Below are positions 1-7,549 of a stretch of DNA of 14,150 nt, piece by piece. A model generated the notes under the pieces. That model saw only the letters and a program-made list of their open reading frames with translations, was not told the DNA's origin and did no database searches. How positions within the stretch are numbered: the first letter of the stretch is position 1; the number at the start of each line of letters is the position of its first letter. A program made the translations under genes and the position numbers. Source of the stretch: a bacterium. GTDB lineage: Bacteria; SZUA-182; DTGQ01; JAFGSM01. The stretch is taken from NCBI GenBank assembly GCA_049472315.1, contig JBLIRN010000070.1, forward strand, positions 1 through 14,150, given 5' to 3'.

Positions 1-327
1 GTGGGAGTTGGGCTGCAGTACCTTTCATTGACTTCCGAGGATTCTACCGCTGGTTCGACTGCAGAGGTCGAGTCTTCTGAAATGGACCTTTTCGCAGGTA
101 CAAGCTATCTTGGCCTTGGCAAGGTGGTCCCTTACGGCGGCCTCCATCTTTCTATGGTTGATGGTGAGTTTACAGACACTGGTTACTCAGCGGATTTTGA
201 GCAGGATGACAGCATAGGCCTCTTCATGGGCGCCGATATGAGTCTCAGTGATCAATTCAGGGGTGGCGCAGAGGTCAGGCTCGTGAGCGAGACCTCATTC
301 TCGTTGAATTTCAGCTACCTGTTTTAA
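1..327 (+). CDS. Outer-membrane beta-barrel protein, C-terminal fragment (5' end lies outside the window)
   Basis: The frame is open from base 1 to TAA at 325-327. It has amphipathic beta-strand patterns (VVPYGGLHLSMV, IGLFMGADMSL, GGAEVRLV) and ends in a BAM-type beta-signal (LNFSYLF, terminal Phe). A strong terminator follows. Confidence 0.7.
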   Translation: MGVGLQYLSLTSEDSTAGSTAEVESSEMDLFAGTSYLGLGKVVPYGGLHLSMVDGEFTDTGYSADFEQDDSIGLFMGADMSLSDQFRGGAEVRLVSETSFSLNFSYLF

Positions 328-385
328 TTATTATATGAGCAGTTGCTTGACCCCCTTTCCTTTGTTGTACGTTTAAGACGAAGCG

Positions 386-427
386 AAAAAATGCTCCTTG
401 GCACGATATGCCAGGGAGTTTTTTTTT
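386..427. terminator. Rho-independent terminator, probably bidirectional
   Basis: Stem CTCCTTGGCA (394-403), loop CGATA, stem TGCCAGGGAG (409-418; one G-U pair on +), then T9 (419-427). An A6 run at 386-391 gives a U-tract on the minus strand. It lies between two convergent genes. Confidence 0.85.
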
Positions 428-436
428 GCAGTCACC

Positions 437-1417
437 TCAGTGTGCATTTGCGGCGATGACCCCCGACTGTACGATCACCAGCCTTCCTTGCTCAGCATCC
501 AGCACCGCGCGCGCCCCGAGGGGGAGGGTGGCCTTGAGAGGCCCGTGTCCGAAGGGGAGGTTGACGAGCACCGGCCTTTTGAGGGGAAGGAGTATGTCTC
601 TCAGGATCTCCTCCACGGGGTACCGTTTGTCAGGATTGGCCGGCTCCGCGTTGGTGAAGGTGCCCACTGCGATCCCGGCCGCATCGGTGAATTTCCCTGC
701 AAGCCTGAGCTGGGTGAGCATGCGGTCGATCTTGTAGTTGGGCTCGTCCGTGTCCTCGATGAGGAGGATTGTGCCCCTGGTGTCGATCTCAAAGGGGGTC
801 CCCATGAGTGCGCAGATCAGGGAGAGATTCCCGCCGGTCAGCATCCCTTCCGCATATCCGGGGCTGATGCATTCGATCCGGGGGGCATTCGTCGGGGGGA
901 TGATCTCTCCGAGGGGCGCCGGCTGCGTGATGGCCTTCATGAGGCAGTCCCGGGTGAACCCCTCGAATCCGGGCTCGGAGAACTCCGTGACCGGCATGGG
1001 GCCATGAAAGGTGATGAACCGGGCCTGCTGGTTCAGGACGATGTGGAGCGCGGTGATGTCGCTGTAGCCGAGGAACACCTTGGGATTTGCGGCAATGGTC
1101 TCCAGATCGAGCAGATGGAGCAGCCTGGCAGCACCGTCTCCGCCCCTCATGCAGAATATGCCGTGGATGGCGGGATCGCCAAAGAACCGGTTGATCTCCT
1201 CCGCCCTGACATCGTCGCATCCTGCGTAATACCCCCGTTTTTCATAGCAGCATTTTCCCGTAACCACCCGAAGGCCCATCTCCTCGATCGCCTTTGCCGC
1301 CTTGGCGATAGACCTCTTGTTCGGGCAGGGACCGGATGGCGCGATCATGCCGATGGTGTCCCCTTTCCGGAGCATTTGTACCGGTCTCATATGGTCTTTT
1401 CCTCTCTTTTTTTTCAT
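437..1417 (-). CDS. ldcA: LD-carboxypeptidase, peptidase family S66 (muramoyltetrapeptide carboxypeptidase-like)
   Basis: S66 motifs: LRKGDTIGMIAPS, RGGDG, GYSDIT (Ser codon 1061-1063), TFHGPM, GGNLS, IED (Glu 755-757), FGH (His 545-547), so the Ser-Glu-His triad is intact. Start placed at ATG 1417 (ATGA overlap with the upstream ATPase stop) rather than 1543; ATG 1390 is an alternative. No signal peptide. Confidence 0.9.
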   Translation of the reverse strand: MKKKRGKDHMRPVQMLRKGDTIGMIAPSGPCPNKRSIAKAAKAIEEMGLRVVTGKCCYEKRGYYAGCDDVRAEEINRFFGDPAIHGIFCMRGGDGAARLLHLLDLETIAANPKVFLGYSDITALHIVLNQQARFITFHGPMPVTEFSEPGFEGFTRDCLMKAITQPAPLGEIIPPTNAPRIECISPGYAEGMLTGGNLSLICALMGTPFEIDTRGTILLIEDTDEPNYKIDRMLTQLRLAGKFTDAAGIAVGTFTNAEPANPDKRYPVEEILRDILLPLKRPVLVNLPFGHGPLKATLPLGARAVLDAEQGRLVIVQSGVIAANAH

Positions 1418-2403
1418 GTTTTGCACATGCCTTCCTGCAACGGGAAGTGACAGGCGAAGGACCGCTCTGCCTGCGTCACAAAGGCAGGGTCCTCCTCCCC
1501 GCACACGGCCCGCGCACAGGGGCAGCGGGTGTGGAAACGGCACCCCGACGGGATGTGCACGGGACTGGGTAGCTCCCCTGTGAGGATCTCCCTTTTCCGT
1601 CCCCTCATTCGGGGATCGGGCACAGGCACGGCTTCAATGAGGAATTTCGTATAGGGGTGCAGGGGCCGCTCGAAGATCTCGTCCGTGGGCCCCAGTTCCA
1701 CCGCCTTTCCCAGGAACATGACGCACACCCGGTCGGCTATGTGCCTCACCACGCCAAGGTCGTGGGTGATGAACAGATAGGTGAGCCTGAACATCTCCTG
1801 GAGGTCGTTGAGCAGGTTCAGGATCTGGGCCTGGATGGAGACATCCAGCGCGGATACCGCCTCGTCGCATACGATGAATTCCGGGTGCAGGGCCAGGGCC
1901 CTGGCGATCCCGATCCGCTGCCTCTGTCCGCCGCTGAACTGGTGGGGATAGCGCCTGAGGTCGTCTTCCTTGAGCCCTACGAGGTGCGAAAGCTCCCTGA
2001 TCCTCTCATCGAGATCGAGGGTGCTCATTCTGTGGTGAGTGACCAGGGGCTCCGCAAGGATGTCCCGCACCCGCATCCGCGGATTCAGGGAGGCGAAGGG
2101 GTCCTGGAAGATGATCTGCATCCTCCTGCGGAGGTCCCGCATGGCTCCCTCATCCAGGGTATGGATATCCATACCCCGAAACAGGACGCTTCCCGATGTC
2201 TTCTCCTCGAGACGCAGGAGGAGCCTGCCCAGGGTGGTCTTTCCGCACCCCGATTCACCCACCAGGGCGAAGGTCTCCTGCTCGCGGATGGCGACGGATA
2301 TTCCATCCACCGCATGGACGGCAAGTTTACCTGTGCCGAAGAGGCCGGCTTTCACCGGAAAATGTCTTTTCAGGTTCCGTGTCTCGACGAGCACCGCACT
2401 CAT
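1414..2403 (-). CDS. Oligopeptide/dipeptide ABC transporter ATP-binding subunit (OppF/DppF type)
   Basis: Walker A GESGCGKT, QIIFQDP, signature FSGGQRQR, Walker B IVCDE, ITHD switch, HPYT, and Cys-rich C-terminal GCRFHTRC...C...ACH motif. Confidence 0.95.
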   Translation of the reverse strand: MSAVLVETRNLKRHFPVKAGLFGTGKLAVHAVDGISVAIREQETFALVGESGCGKTTLGRLLLRLEEKTSGSVLFRGMDIHTLDEGAMRDLRRRMQIIFQDPFASLNPRMRVRDILAEPLVTHHRMSTLDLDERIRELSHLVGLKEDDLRRYPHQFSGGQRQRIGIARALALHPEFIVCDEAVSALDVSIQAQILNLLNDLQEMFRLTYLFITHDLGVVRHIADRVCVMFLGKAVELGPTDEIFERPLHPYTKFLIEAVPVPDPRMRGRKREILTGELPSPVHIPSGCRFHTRCPCARAVCGEEDPAFVTQAERSFACHFPLQEGMCKT

Positions 2404-3464
2404 GCAGCATCCCCTTCATTTAGGTAGAGCCAGCAACGCACCTCGTGTCCTGGGCCGATCTGAAAGAATCCGGGTTCTTCCTGAGAGCAGACCGCCATGG
2501 CCCTTTTGCACCGGGGATGAAAACGGCACCCTGCAGGGGGATGAATAAGGTCCGGGACCGAGCCCTCAATGCCGGGCAGGCGAGCCTTTTTACCTTGTGC
2601 GGCGATACCGGGCATAGACCGCAGGAGCCCTTGGGTGTAGGGGTGGGCGGGGTGATCGAACAGTGCGAACACGTCCCCCCTTTCCATAATCCTTCCTGCG
2701 TACATGACGGAGACCTCGTCGCACACCTCGGCGATAACCCCCAGGTCATGGGTGATGAGGAGGATGGAGGTGCGGCTGTCTTCCCTGAGCCCCAGAAGGA
2801 GATCGAGGATCTGGGCCTGCACCGTGGTATCCAGGGCGGTGGTGGGCTCATCCGCTATGAGGAGCCTCGGCTCGCAGATGATCGCCATGGCGATCATCAC
2901 CCGCTGCCGCAGACCCCCTGAGAGCTGATGGGGATATGACCCCAGCCGGGATGCAGGCTCCGGTATGCCCACCAGTTGGAAGGTCTCGATAACGCGGTCG
3001 CGGATCTCCGACCTCATAAGGTCCCCGTGGATGCGGATCGCCTCTCCGACCTGGCGTCCGACCCTGTACACCGGATTGAGGGAGGTCATTGGTTCCTGGA
3101 AGATCATGGCGATCTCCTTCCCCCGCACCGCGCAGATCTTCGGATATCCCAGCCGGGTGAGGTCCAGGCCGTCGAACATGATGCTCCCTCCGGCGATCCG
3201 TCCGGCAGGGGAGGGGACGAGCCCGAGGACGGAGAGGGCGGTCATGCTCTTTCCGCACCCGGATTCACCCACCAGGCCCACGATTCTCCCTTGGTCCACC
3301 GTGAGTGAGACCCCGTCCACCGCGCGTATAGTCCCCCTTTTGGTGATAAAGTGGACCGAGAGGTCGGTGATCTGCAGGAGACGGTCCCTGCAATGACCGC
3401 TATGCGTCGCCTCGTTCCCATTTACTTGCATTCTCCCTTCCAGCGGGTCCGTCCGGTCATTCAT
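2400..3464 (-). CDS. Oligopeptide/dipeptide ABC transporter ATP-binding subunit (OppD/DppD type)
   Basis: GESGCGKS, MIFQEPMTSLNP, LSGGLRQR, LIADEPTTALD, ITHDLG, HPYT, GCRFHPRC. ATG 3464 has AAGGGG 7 nt upstream (GTG 3467 and ATG 3431 are alternatives). ATGA overlap with the next gene at 2400-2403. Confidence 0.93.
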   Translation of the reverse strand: MNDRTDPLEGRMQVNGNEATHSGHCRDRLLQITDLSVHFITKRGTIRAVDGVSLTVDQGRIVGLVGESGCGKSMTALSVLGLVPSPAGRIAGGSIMFDGLDLTRLGYPKICAVRGKEIAMIFQEPMTSLNPVYRVGRQVGEAIRIHGDLMRSEIRDRVIETFQLVGIPEPASRLGSYPHQLSGGLRQRVMIAMAIICEPRLLIADEPTTALDTTVQAQILDLLLGLREDSRTSILLITHDLGVIAEVCDEVSVMYAGRIMERGDVFALFDHPAHPYTQGLLRSMPGIAAQGKKARLPGIEGSVPDLIHPPAGCRFHPRCKRAMAVCSQEEPGFFQIGPGHEVRCWLYLNEGDAA

Positions 3465-3468
3465 CACG

Positions 3469-4362
3469 CTACCCCTTCATGTATGGGTCGAGGGCGTCCC
3501 GCAGGCCGTCCCCCATGAAGTTGAAGGCCATGACCGTGATCAGGATGGCCACCCCCGGGATGATGGCGACCCATGGGGCGGAGAAGAGGTGCTCCTTGCC
3601 CCTGGATACCAGCAGTCCCCAACTCGGTGTCGGGGGCTGAGCGCCCACCCCAAGAAAGCTCAGGCTCGCCTCGTACATGATGGCCTCCGGTATGCTCAGA
3701 GAAAAGAGGACAATGAGCGCAGGCAGGCAGTTGGGGAGGATATGCCGGAGCATGATCCGGTGCCGCTTCACCCCGATCGCCCGGGCAGCCTCCACGAACT
3801 CCTTCTCCTTCAGGGACAGGGTCTGGGACCTGACCACACGGGCGGGCCCTGCCCATCCCACCAGGCTTATGGCAATGAACAGGTTGAAGAGGTTGGGACC
3901 GAGCGTATACATCACCACCATGGCGAGGATCAGGGAAGGAAAGGCGAGCATGACGTCCGCGCAGCGCATGATGATGAAGTCCGTCGTTCCCCCGCAGTAG
4001 CCGCTCATGATTCCGAGCATCGCCCCAATGAGGATGGAGAAGAGGCTCGGAAGAAGACCGATCACCAGGGAGATCCTTGTGCCGTAGATGATCCGGGAAA
4101 GGAGGTCCCTTCCGAACTTGTCGGTGCCGAGCAGGTGCCTGAGGGAGGGCGCAAGGAGCTGCCTGGTGAGGTCCATGGCATAAGGGTCATGGGGGCTCAA
4201 CAGAGGGGCGAAGATGGCGGCGATTACCAGGAGGAGTATGATCACCAGTCCTGCCATGGCCATTCGATTCTGGCGGAAGATGTCAACGATGTCCCGCAGA
4301 GGGCCCTCCGAAGCCCTCTCCTCGGCGATATCCGGCGGAATGTTCAGGGTCGTGGCATCCAT
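3469..4362 (-). CDS. Peptide ABC transporter permease (OppC/DppC type)
   Basis: HLLGTDKFGRDLLSRIIYG, EAA loop EFVEAARAIG, RHILPN, EASLSFLG..PPTPSWG, NFMGDGLRDALDP; several TM helices. Confidence 0.95.
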   Translation of the reverse strand: MDATTLNIPPDIAEERASEGPLRDIVDIFRQNRMAMAGLVIILLLVIAAIFAPLLSPHDPYAMDLTRQLLAPSLRHLLGTDKFGRDLLSRIIYGTRISLVIGLLPSLFSILIGAMLGIMSGYCGGTTDFIIMRCADVMLAFPSLILAMVVMYTLGPNLFNLFIAISLVGWAGPARVVRSQTLSLKEKEFVEAARAIGVKRHRIMLRHILPNCLPALIVLFSLSIPEAIMYEASLSFLGVGAQPPTPSWGLLVSRGKEHLFSAPWVAIIPGVAILITVMAFNFMGDGLRDALDPYMKG

Positions 4363-4375
4363 GGCGATAGAGAGA

Positions 4376-5308
4376 TCACCCCCTCTTCATTTCGTAACGG
4401 ATGCGGGGATCCAGCACCGAGTAGAGGAGGTCGGCGACGAGGTTCCCCAGGATTACCAGCACCGTGGCAAAGAGCACCGCACCCTGGAGCAGGGGCATGT
4501 CGCGGCTTTGGATGGCATCAATCGCGATCCTGCCGATGCCGGGGATGCCGAACACGCTCTCGGTGATCACCGCACCGGAGAGCAGGCTCGCCACCTGGAT
4601 GGCCATGATGGTCACCACCGGGAGCAGGGAATTCTTCAGTGCATGTCCCACGATCACGGGGATCTCCCGCAGCCCCTTTGCGCGGGCCGTGCGGATGTAG
4701 TCGTTCCGCATCACATCGAGGAGGCTCGACCGGGTGAGGCGCGCGATCACCCCTGCCGAGTACCAGCCCAGCACGATGGCGGGCATGATCACGTACTGCG
4801 GGCCGTAGAAGCCTGCGACCGGGAGCCAGCCCAGCTTCAGGGCGAAGATGTACTGGAGGAGGAGGGCAGACCAGAATACCGGCATGGATACCCCAAGGAG
4901 GGAGAATCCCATGAAGAAGTGATCGATGAATGAGTACTGTTTCACCGCAGAGAGGATCCCTGCCGGTATCCCGATGATCCATGACAACAGGGCTGCGGCG
5001 AGTGCAAGGATCAGGGTGTTGGGGAATGCCTGCATGATCAGGCTGCTCACCGGCCGGTTGAGCTTGTAGGAGACGCCGAAGTCTCCCTGGAGCGCCCCGC
5101 CGATGAACCGGAGGTAGCGGAGGGGCATCGGGTCGTCGAGGTGCATCTGATGCCTTACCCGCTCCACCACATCCGGGCTGATGTGCTCCTTCATCATGAG
5201 GGCGACGGGGTCACCGGGGATCACGTTCAGCATGAGAAAAAGGAGGAAGGTCACCCCGATGAGCACGGGTATGGAGAAGGCGGTCCGCTTTAGTATGTGG
5301 CTAAGCAT
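4376..5308 (-). CDS. Peptide ABC transporter permease (OppB/DppB type)
   Basis: PGDP, GDFGVS, MPVFW, DYIRTARAKGL, HALKN, ITESVFGIPGIG, DLLYSVLDPRI. Start placed at ATG 5308 (GAGGGG RBS upstream) instead of GTG 5326. Confidence 0.93.
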   Translation of the reverse strand: MLSHILKRTAFSIPVLIGVTFLLFLMLNVIPGDPVALMMKEHISPDVVERVRHQMHLDDPMPLRYLRFIGGALQGDFGVSYKLNRPVSSLIMQAFPNTLILALAAALLSWIIGIPAGILSAVKQYSFIDHFFMGFSLLGVSMPVFWSALLLQYIFALKLGWLPVAGFYGPQYVIMPAIVLGWYSAGVIARLTRSSLLDVMRNDYIRTARAKGLREIPVIVGHALKNSLLPVVTIMAIQVASLLSGAVITESVFGIPGIGRIAIDAIQSRDMPLLQGAVLFATVLVILGNLVADLLYSVLDPRIRYEMKRG

Positions 5309-5344
5309 GGGTGACTGGCCCCTCACAGCAATTTGTCAATATCG

Positions 5345-5375
5345 TATGGGAAGGGGGATGCCCCTTTCCCCCATA
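5345..5375 (-). promoter_or_regulatory. Intercistronic stem-loop downstream of the SBP gene (putative mRNA stabiliser/attenuator)
   Basis: On the mRNA, UAUGGGGGAAAGGGG-CAUC-CCCCUUCCCAUA forms an imperfect GC-rich hairpin with no U-tract. This position is typical for ABC operons that overproduce the binding protein. Confidence 0.6.
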
Positions 5376-5391
5376 AGCACAACATGGCACG

Positions 5392-7005
5392 TTAATCGAT
5401 ATCCACCTGATAGTAAGACATGTCACTCCAGCCGTTCCAGGGGACGGTGAAATCCTTGACCCTGGACTGCACCACATAGGTATGGTCCAGGCTGAACAGG
5501 GGGACCCATGCCGCATCCTCGTGGACGATCACCCGTTCGAGCTCCCGGTACAGGGCGCACCGCTTTCGGGTGTCATCCATCATCCGGGCCCGGTCCAGTG
5601 CCTCGAACACCCGCGGGTTGTGATTGTTGAGGGAGCGCACCACCGTACCCTGCTCTGCAAAGAAGGTGTAAAAGAAGTTGTCGGGATCGTTGAAATCCGC
5701 TGACCAGGACTGCAGGTAGCTTCCCACCTTGCCGGTTGCGCGGGTGGCATAGTAAGCGGCCTGGTCGATCTGCCGTATGGTCACGTTGAATCCTGCCTTT
5801 TTTCCCATGGCCTGCACGATCTCGTTGATATCGGCGAACTTGGGCAGCCAGCCGCTCACCTGCACGATGGTCATTTCCACGCCCTCGGGAAATCCCGCCT
5901 CTGCAAGGAGCGCCTTTGCCCTTTCGGGATTGTATTCAATGGGCTCCTGCTCCGGGTTGTGGCAGATGAGTCCACGCGGCATGACGCCGTTTTCGAGCTT
6001 TCCCCTGCCGGCGAACATCCTCTCCAGGATTGTCTTCCGGTCGATGGCCATCTGGAAGGCCTTCCTGACCCGCACATCGCCGAAGGGGGCAATCTTCTGA
6101 TTGATGCTGTAATAGAAGATGCCCACCCGGGGACCGCTCCTGATACGCTCCTTCCATTTGCCGCTCGCATAGAAGTAGTCGAGCTGCGCAATGGCGTAAT
6201 CGCAGTCGAACACGTCCAGCTCGTCCGCCTCGAAGAGGATCCTGAGTGTCTCGGGATCGGAGACCACCCGGATGAAGATTCGGTCCAGCTTCGGTCTTCC
6301 TCTGAAATACGTATCGTTTGCCGTGAGCATCTGGTGGTCATTGAGCACGTATTTGGTGAGTTTGAACGGGCCTGTACCGCAGGTCGTCTTCGGGGACAGA
6401 CCGAACCTGTCCCCGAGGGGCTCGGTGAATTTCCGGTTGTAGATGGAGGCCTGGGGGCTTGCCAGGACTGCGAGAAAGGGGGCATAGGGCTCCCGGAGGG
6501 TGATCCGGACGGTATACCGGTCAAGGGCCTTCAGCCCTCGCGTGGAATCCGCCTTCCCTCCCAGCCGCTCTTCAGCCCCTTCCACAAACAGCAGGATGTC
6601 CGTGCTGAGGGCCTTGGTCGTGGGATCGAGCATCCGATCGAAGGTGTACACCACGTCCCCTGCGGTGAGCTCCTCCCCGTTGTGGAAGGAAACCCCCTTT
6701 CGAAGGTGGAAGGTATACACCTTCCCCTCCCCGGCAATCTCCCAGCGCTCCGCAAGGCCGGGCGCAAGCTCCGATGTGCCGGGACTCACGGTCGCCGCCT
6801 CCACCAGCCGGTCGAACACATTGAGGGGAAGGGTATAGTGCTCGGTGGTCTTCTGACAGTCTGCGGTCTTGGGTTCCACCGGGTAGGCGATGCGCAGGGT
6901 CTTCTTTCGAGCGTGGGAGGATCGGGGAAGGGCGACAATAAGACCGATTCCCAATATACACCAGATAAGCGTCAATCCCCATCGTTTCATTGTAAAGCCC
7001 GCCAT
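5392..7005 (-). CDS. Peptide ABC transporter periplasmic substrate-binding protein (SBP family 5, OppA/DppA type)
   Basis: Signal peptide (MKRWGLTLIWCILGIGLIVALPRSSHA), PGLAERW, YTFHLRKGVSFHNGEELTAGDVVYTF, GTGPFKL, PFGDVRVRKA, YNPERAKALLAEAG, WSADFNDPD. Start is 7005 or 6990. Confidence 0.95.
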   Translation of the reverse strand: MAGFTMKRWGLTLIWCILGIGLIVALPRSSHARKKTLRIAYPVEPKTADCQKTTEHYTLPLNVFDRLVEAATVSPGTSELAPGLAERWEIAGEGKVYTFHLRKGVSFHNGEELTAGDVVYTFDRMLDPTTKALSTDILLFVEGAEERLGGKADSTRGLKALDRYTVRITLREPYAPFLAVLASPQASIYNRKFTEPLGDRFGLSPKTTCGTGPFKLTKYVLNDHQMLTANDTYFRGRPKLDRIFIRVVSDPETLRILFEADELDVFDCDYAIAQLDYFYASGKWKERIRSGPRVGIFYYSINQKIAPFGDVRVRKAFQMAIDRKTILERMFAGRGKLENGVMPRGLICHNPEQEPIEYNPERAKALLAEAGFPEGVEMTIVQVSGWLPKFADINEIVQAMGKKAGFNVTIRQIDQAAYYATRATGKVGSYLQSWSADFNDPDNFFYTFFAEQGTVVRSLNNHNPRVFEALDRARMMDDTRKRCALYRELERVIVHEDAAWVPLFSLDHTYVVQSRVKDFTVPWNGWSDMSYYQVDID

Positions 7006-7192
7006 TGCTCAATATCTTGGTGCATTACGCACTTCCCGTATTGCCTGTCTTGAATAATTGAAAAAAGAGGCCCTGGCCCTGCATTGACCCCGAGCGAAGG
7101 CATCCACGGCAGAAAAAGGATATCGTATAACCGAAGATCCTGTCAACATTGGTGGTCAATCGGTCAATTCCAATTTTGGCGTGAATTGTCGG

Positions 7193-7268
7193 GAGCAGGC
7201 ATAGTTACGGAGCAAGCCTCGGAAAATTATAAAAGCCTGCCCGTCCAGCGGAGTAACTATGCCTGCTC
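7193..7268. repeat. Perfect 16-bp inverted repeat with a 44-bp spacer in the divergent intergenic region
   Basis: GAGCAGGCATAGTTAC (7193-7208) and its exact reverse complement GTAACTATGCCTGCTC (7253-7268); extends to 18/19 over 7190-7271. Confidence 0.92.
7226..7233. promoter_or_regulatory. Overlapping candidate -10 hexamers for the two divergent operons
   Basis: Minus-strand TATAAT (7231-7226) and plus-strand TATAAA (7228-7233), near the centre of the inverted repeat. Neither has a good -35. Confidence 0.35.
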
Positions 7269-7298
7269 ACGCTCCTTGCCAGAAGGTCCGAAATGAGA

Positions 7299-7321
7299 AT
7301 TGCCGCATCAACTGCGGCAAT
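7299..7321. repeat. Perfect 9-bp palindrome/hairpin (operator or RNA stem-loop)
   Basis: ATTGCCGCA-TCAAC-TGCGGCAAT. Confidence 0.7.
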
Positions 7322-7357
7322 GCCGGTTTTGAGACGAGGCACAGGCTGAGTGCCCTC

Positions 7358-7509
7358 GGAGTGGTCAATGCCTCCAGATTCCGGACAGCAAGGGTTTCGG
7401 GTGGATTACCGATCAGTTATTAGGGGATTTTTTCATACGCAGGAAGGTAATGGATGTCAGGATGCAGAAGGCTTACGCAGGGTGCATGCAGGGAGGCAGG
7501 TTTTAAGGA
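7358..7509 (+). promoter_or_regulatory. Cluster of CsrA/RsmA-type GGA motifs upstream of the cyclase gene (5' UTR sites or Csr/Rsm-like sRNA)
   Basis: Nine GGA in about 150 nt (7358, 7383, 7403, 7425, 7442, 7452, 7460, 7492, 7507), including CAGGAAG, CAGGATG and TGC-AGGGAG-GCA in short stem-loops. Confidence 0.4.
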
Positions 7510-7549
7510 CCCGACGTGAGATGAGTGAAGAGGGCCCTACACCTCGTTT

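Noticed and set aside
347..373. TTGACC-N15-TACGTT promoter for a tiny RNA ending at the 386-427 terminator
   Set aside because: Spacer too short and -10 weak; the terminator is already explained by the flanking convergent genes.
437..1417. S66 peptidase as microcin C immunity protein MccF
   Set aside because: No microcin biosynthesis genes nearby, and the region after TFHGPM looks short and lacks the Trp-bearing loop described for MccF. LdcA-like is more parsimonious, though not proven.
398..7053. Long plus-strand ORFs (398-1450, 1657-2427, 3589-4566, 4214-4933, 5959-7053)
   Set aside because: Antisense shadows of well-supported minus-strand genes in GC-rich DNA; no recognisable motifs.
7118..7146. 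Sigma-70 promoter TTGACA...TACGAT on the minus strand
   Set aside because: The spacer is only 13 nt; no acceptable -10 at 16-18 nt.
7176..7192. Sigma-54 promoter-like TGGC motifs (also at 399, 5385 and 13203)
   Set aside because: None has the required GG-N10-GC spacing.
7209..7260. Possible c-di-GMP-I (GEMM) riboswitch suggested by AAAGCC...AGCGGAGTAAC
   Set aside because: Lacks the GGCAAAC...GAAA tetraloop stem and GACGCAAA core; the stems cannot be built.
7193..7268. Inverted repeat as an integron attC site, IS ends or CRISPR repeat
   Set aside because: No RYYYAAC/GTTRRRY outer boxes, no transposase, integrase or target-site duplication, and only two inverted copies rather than a direct-repeat array.
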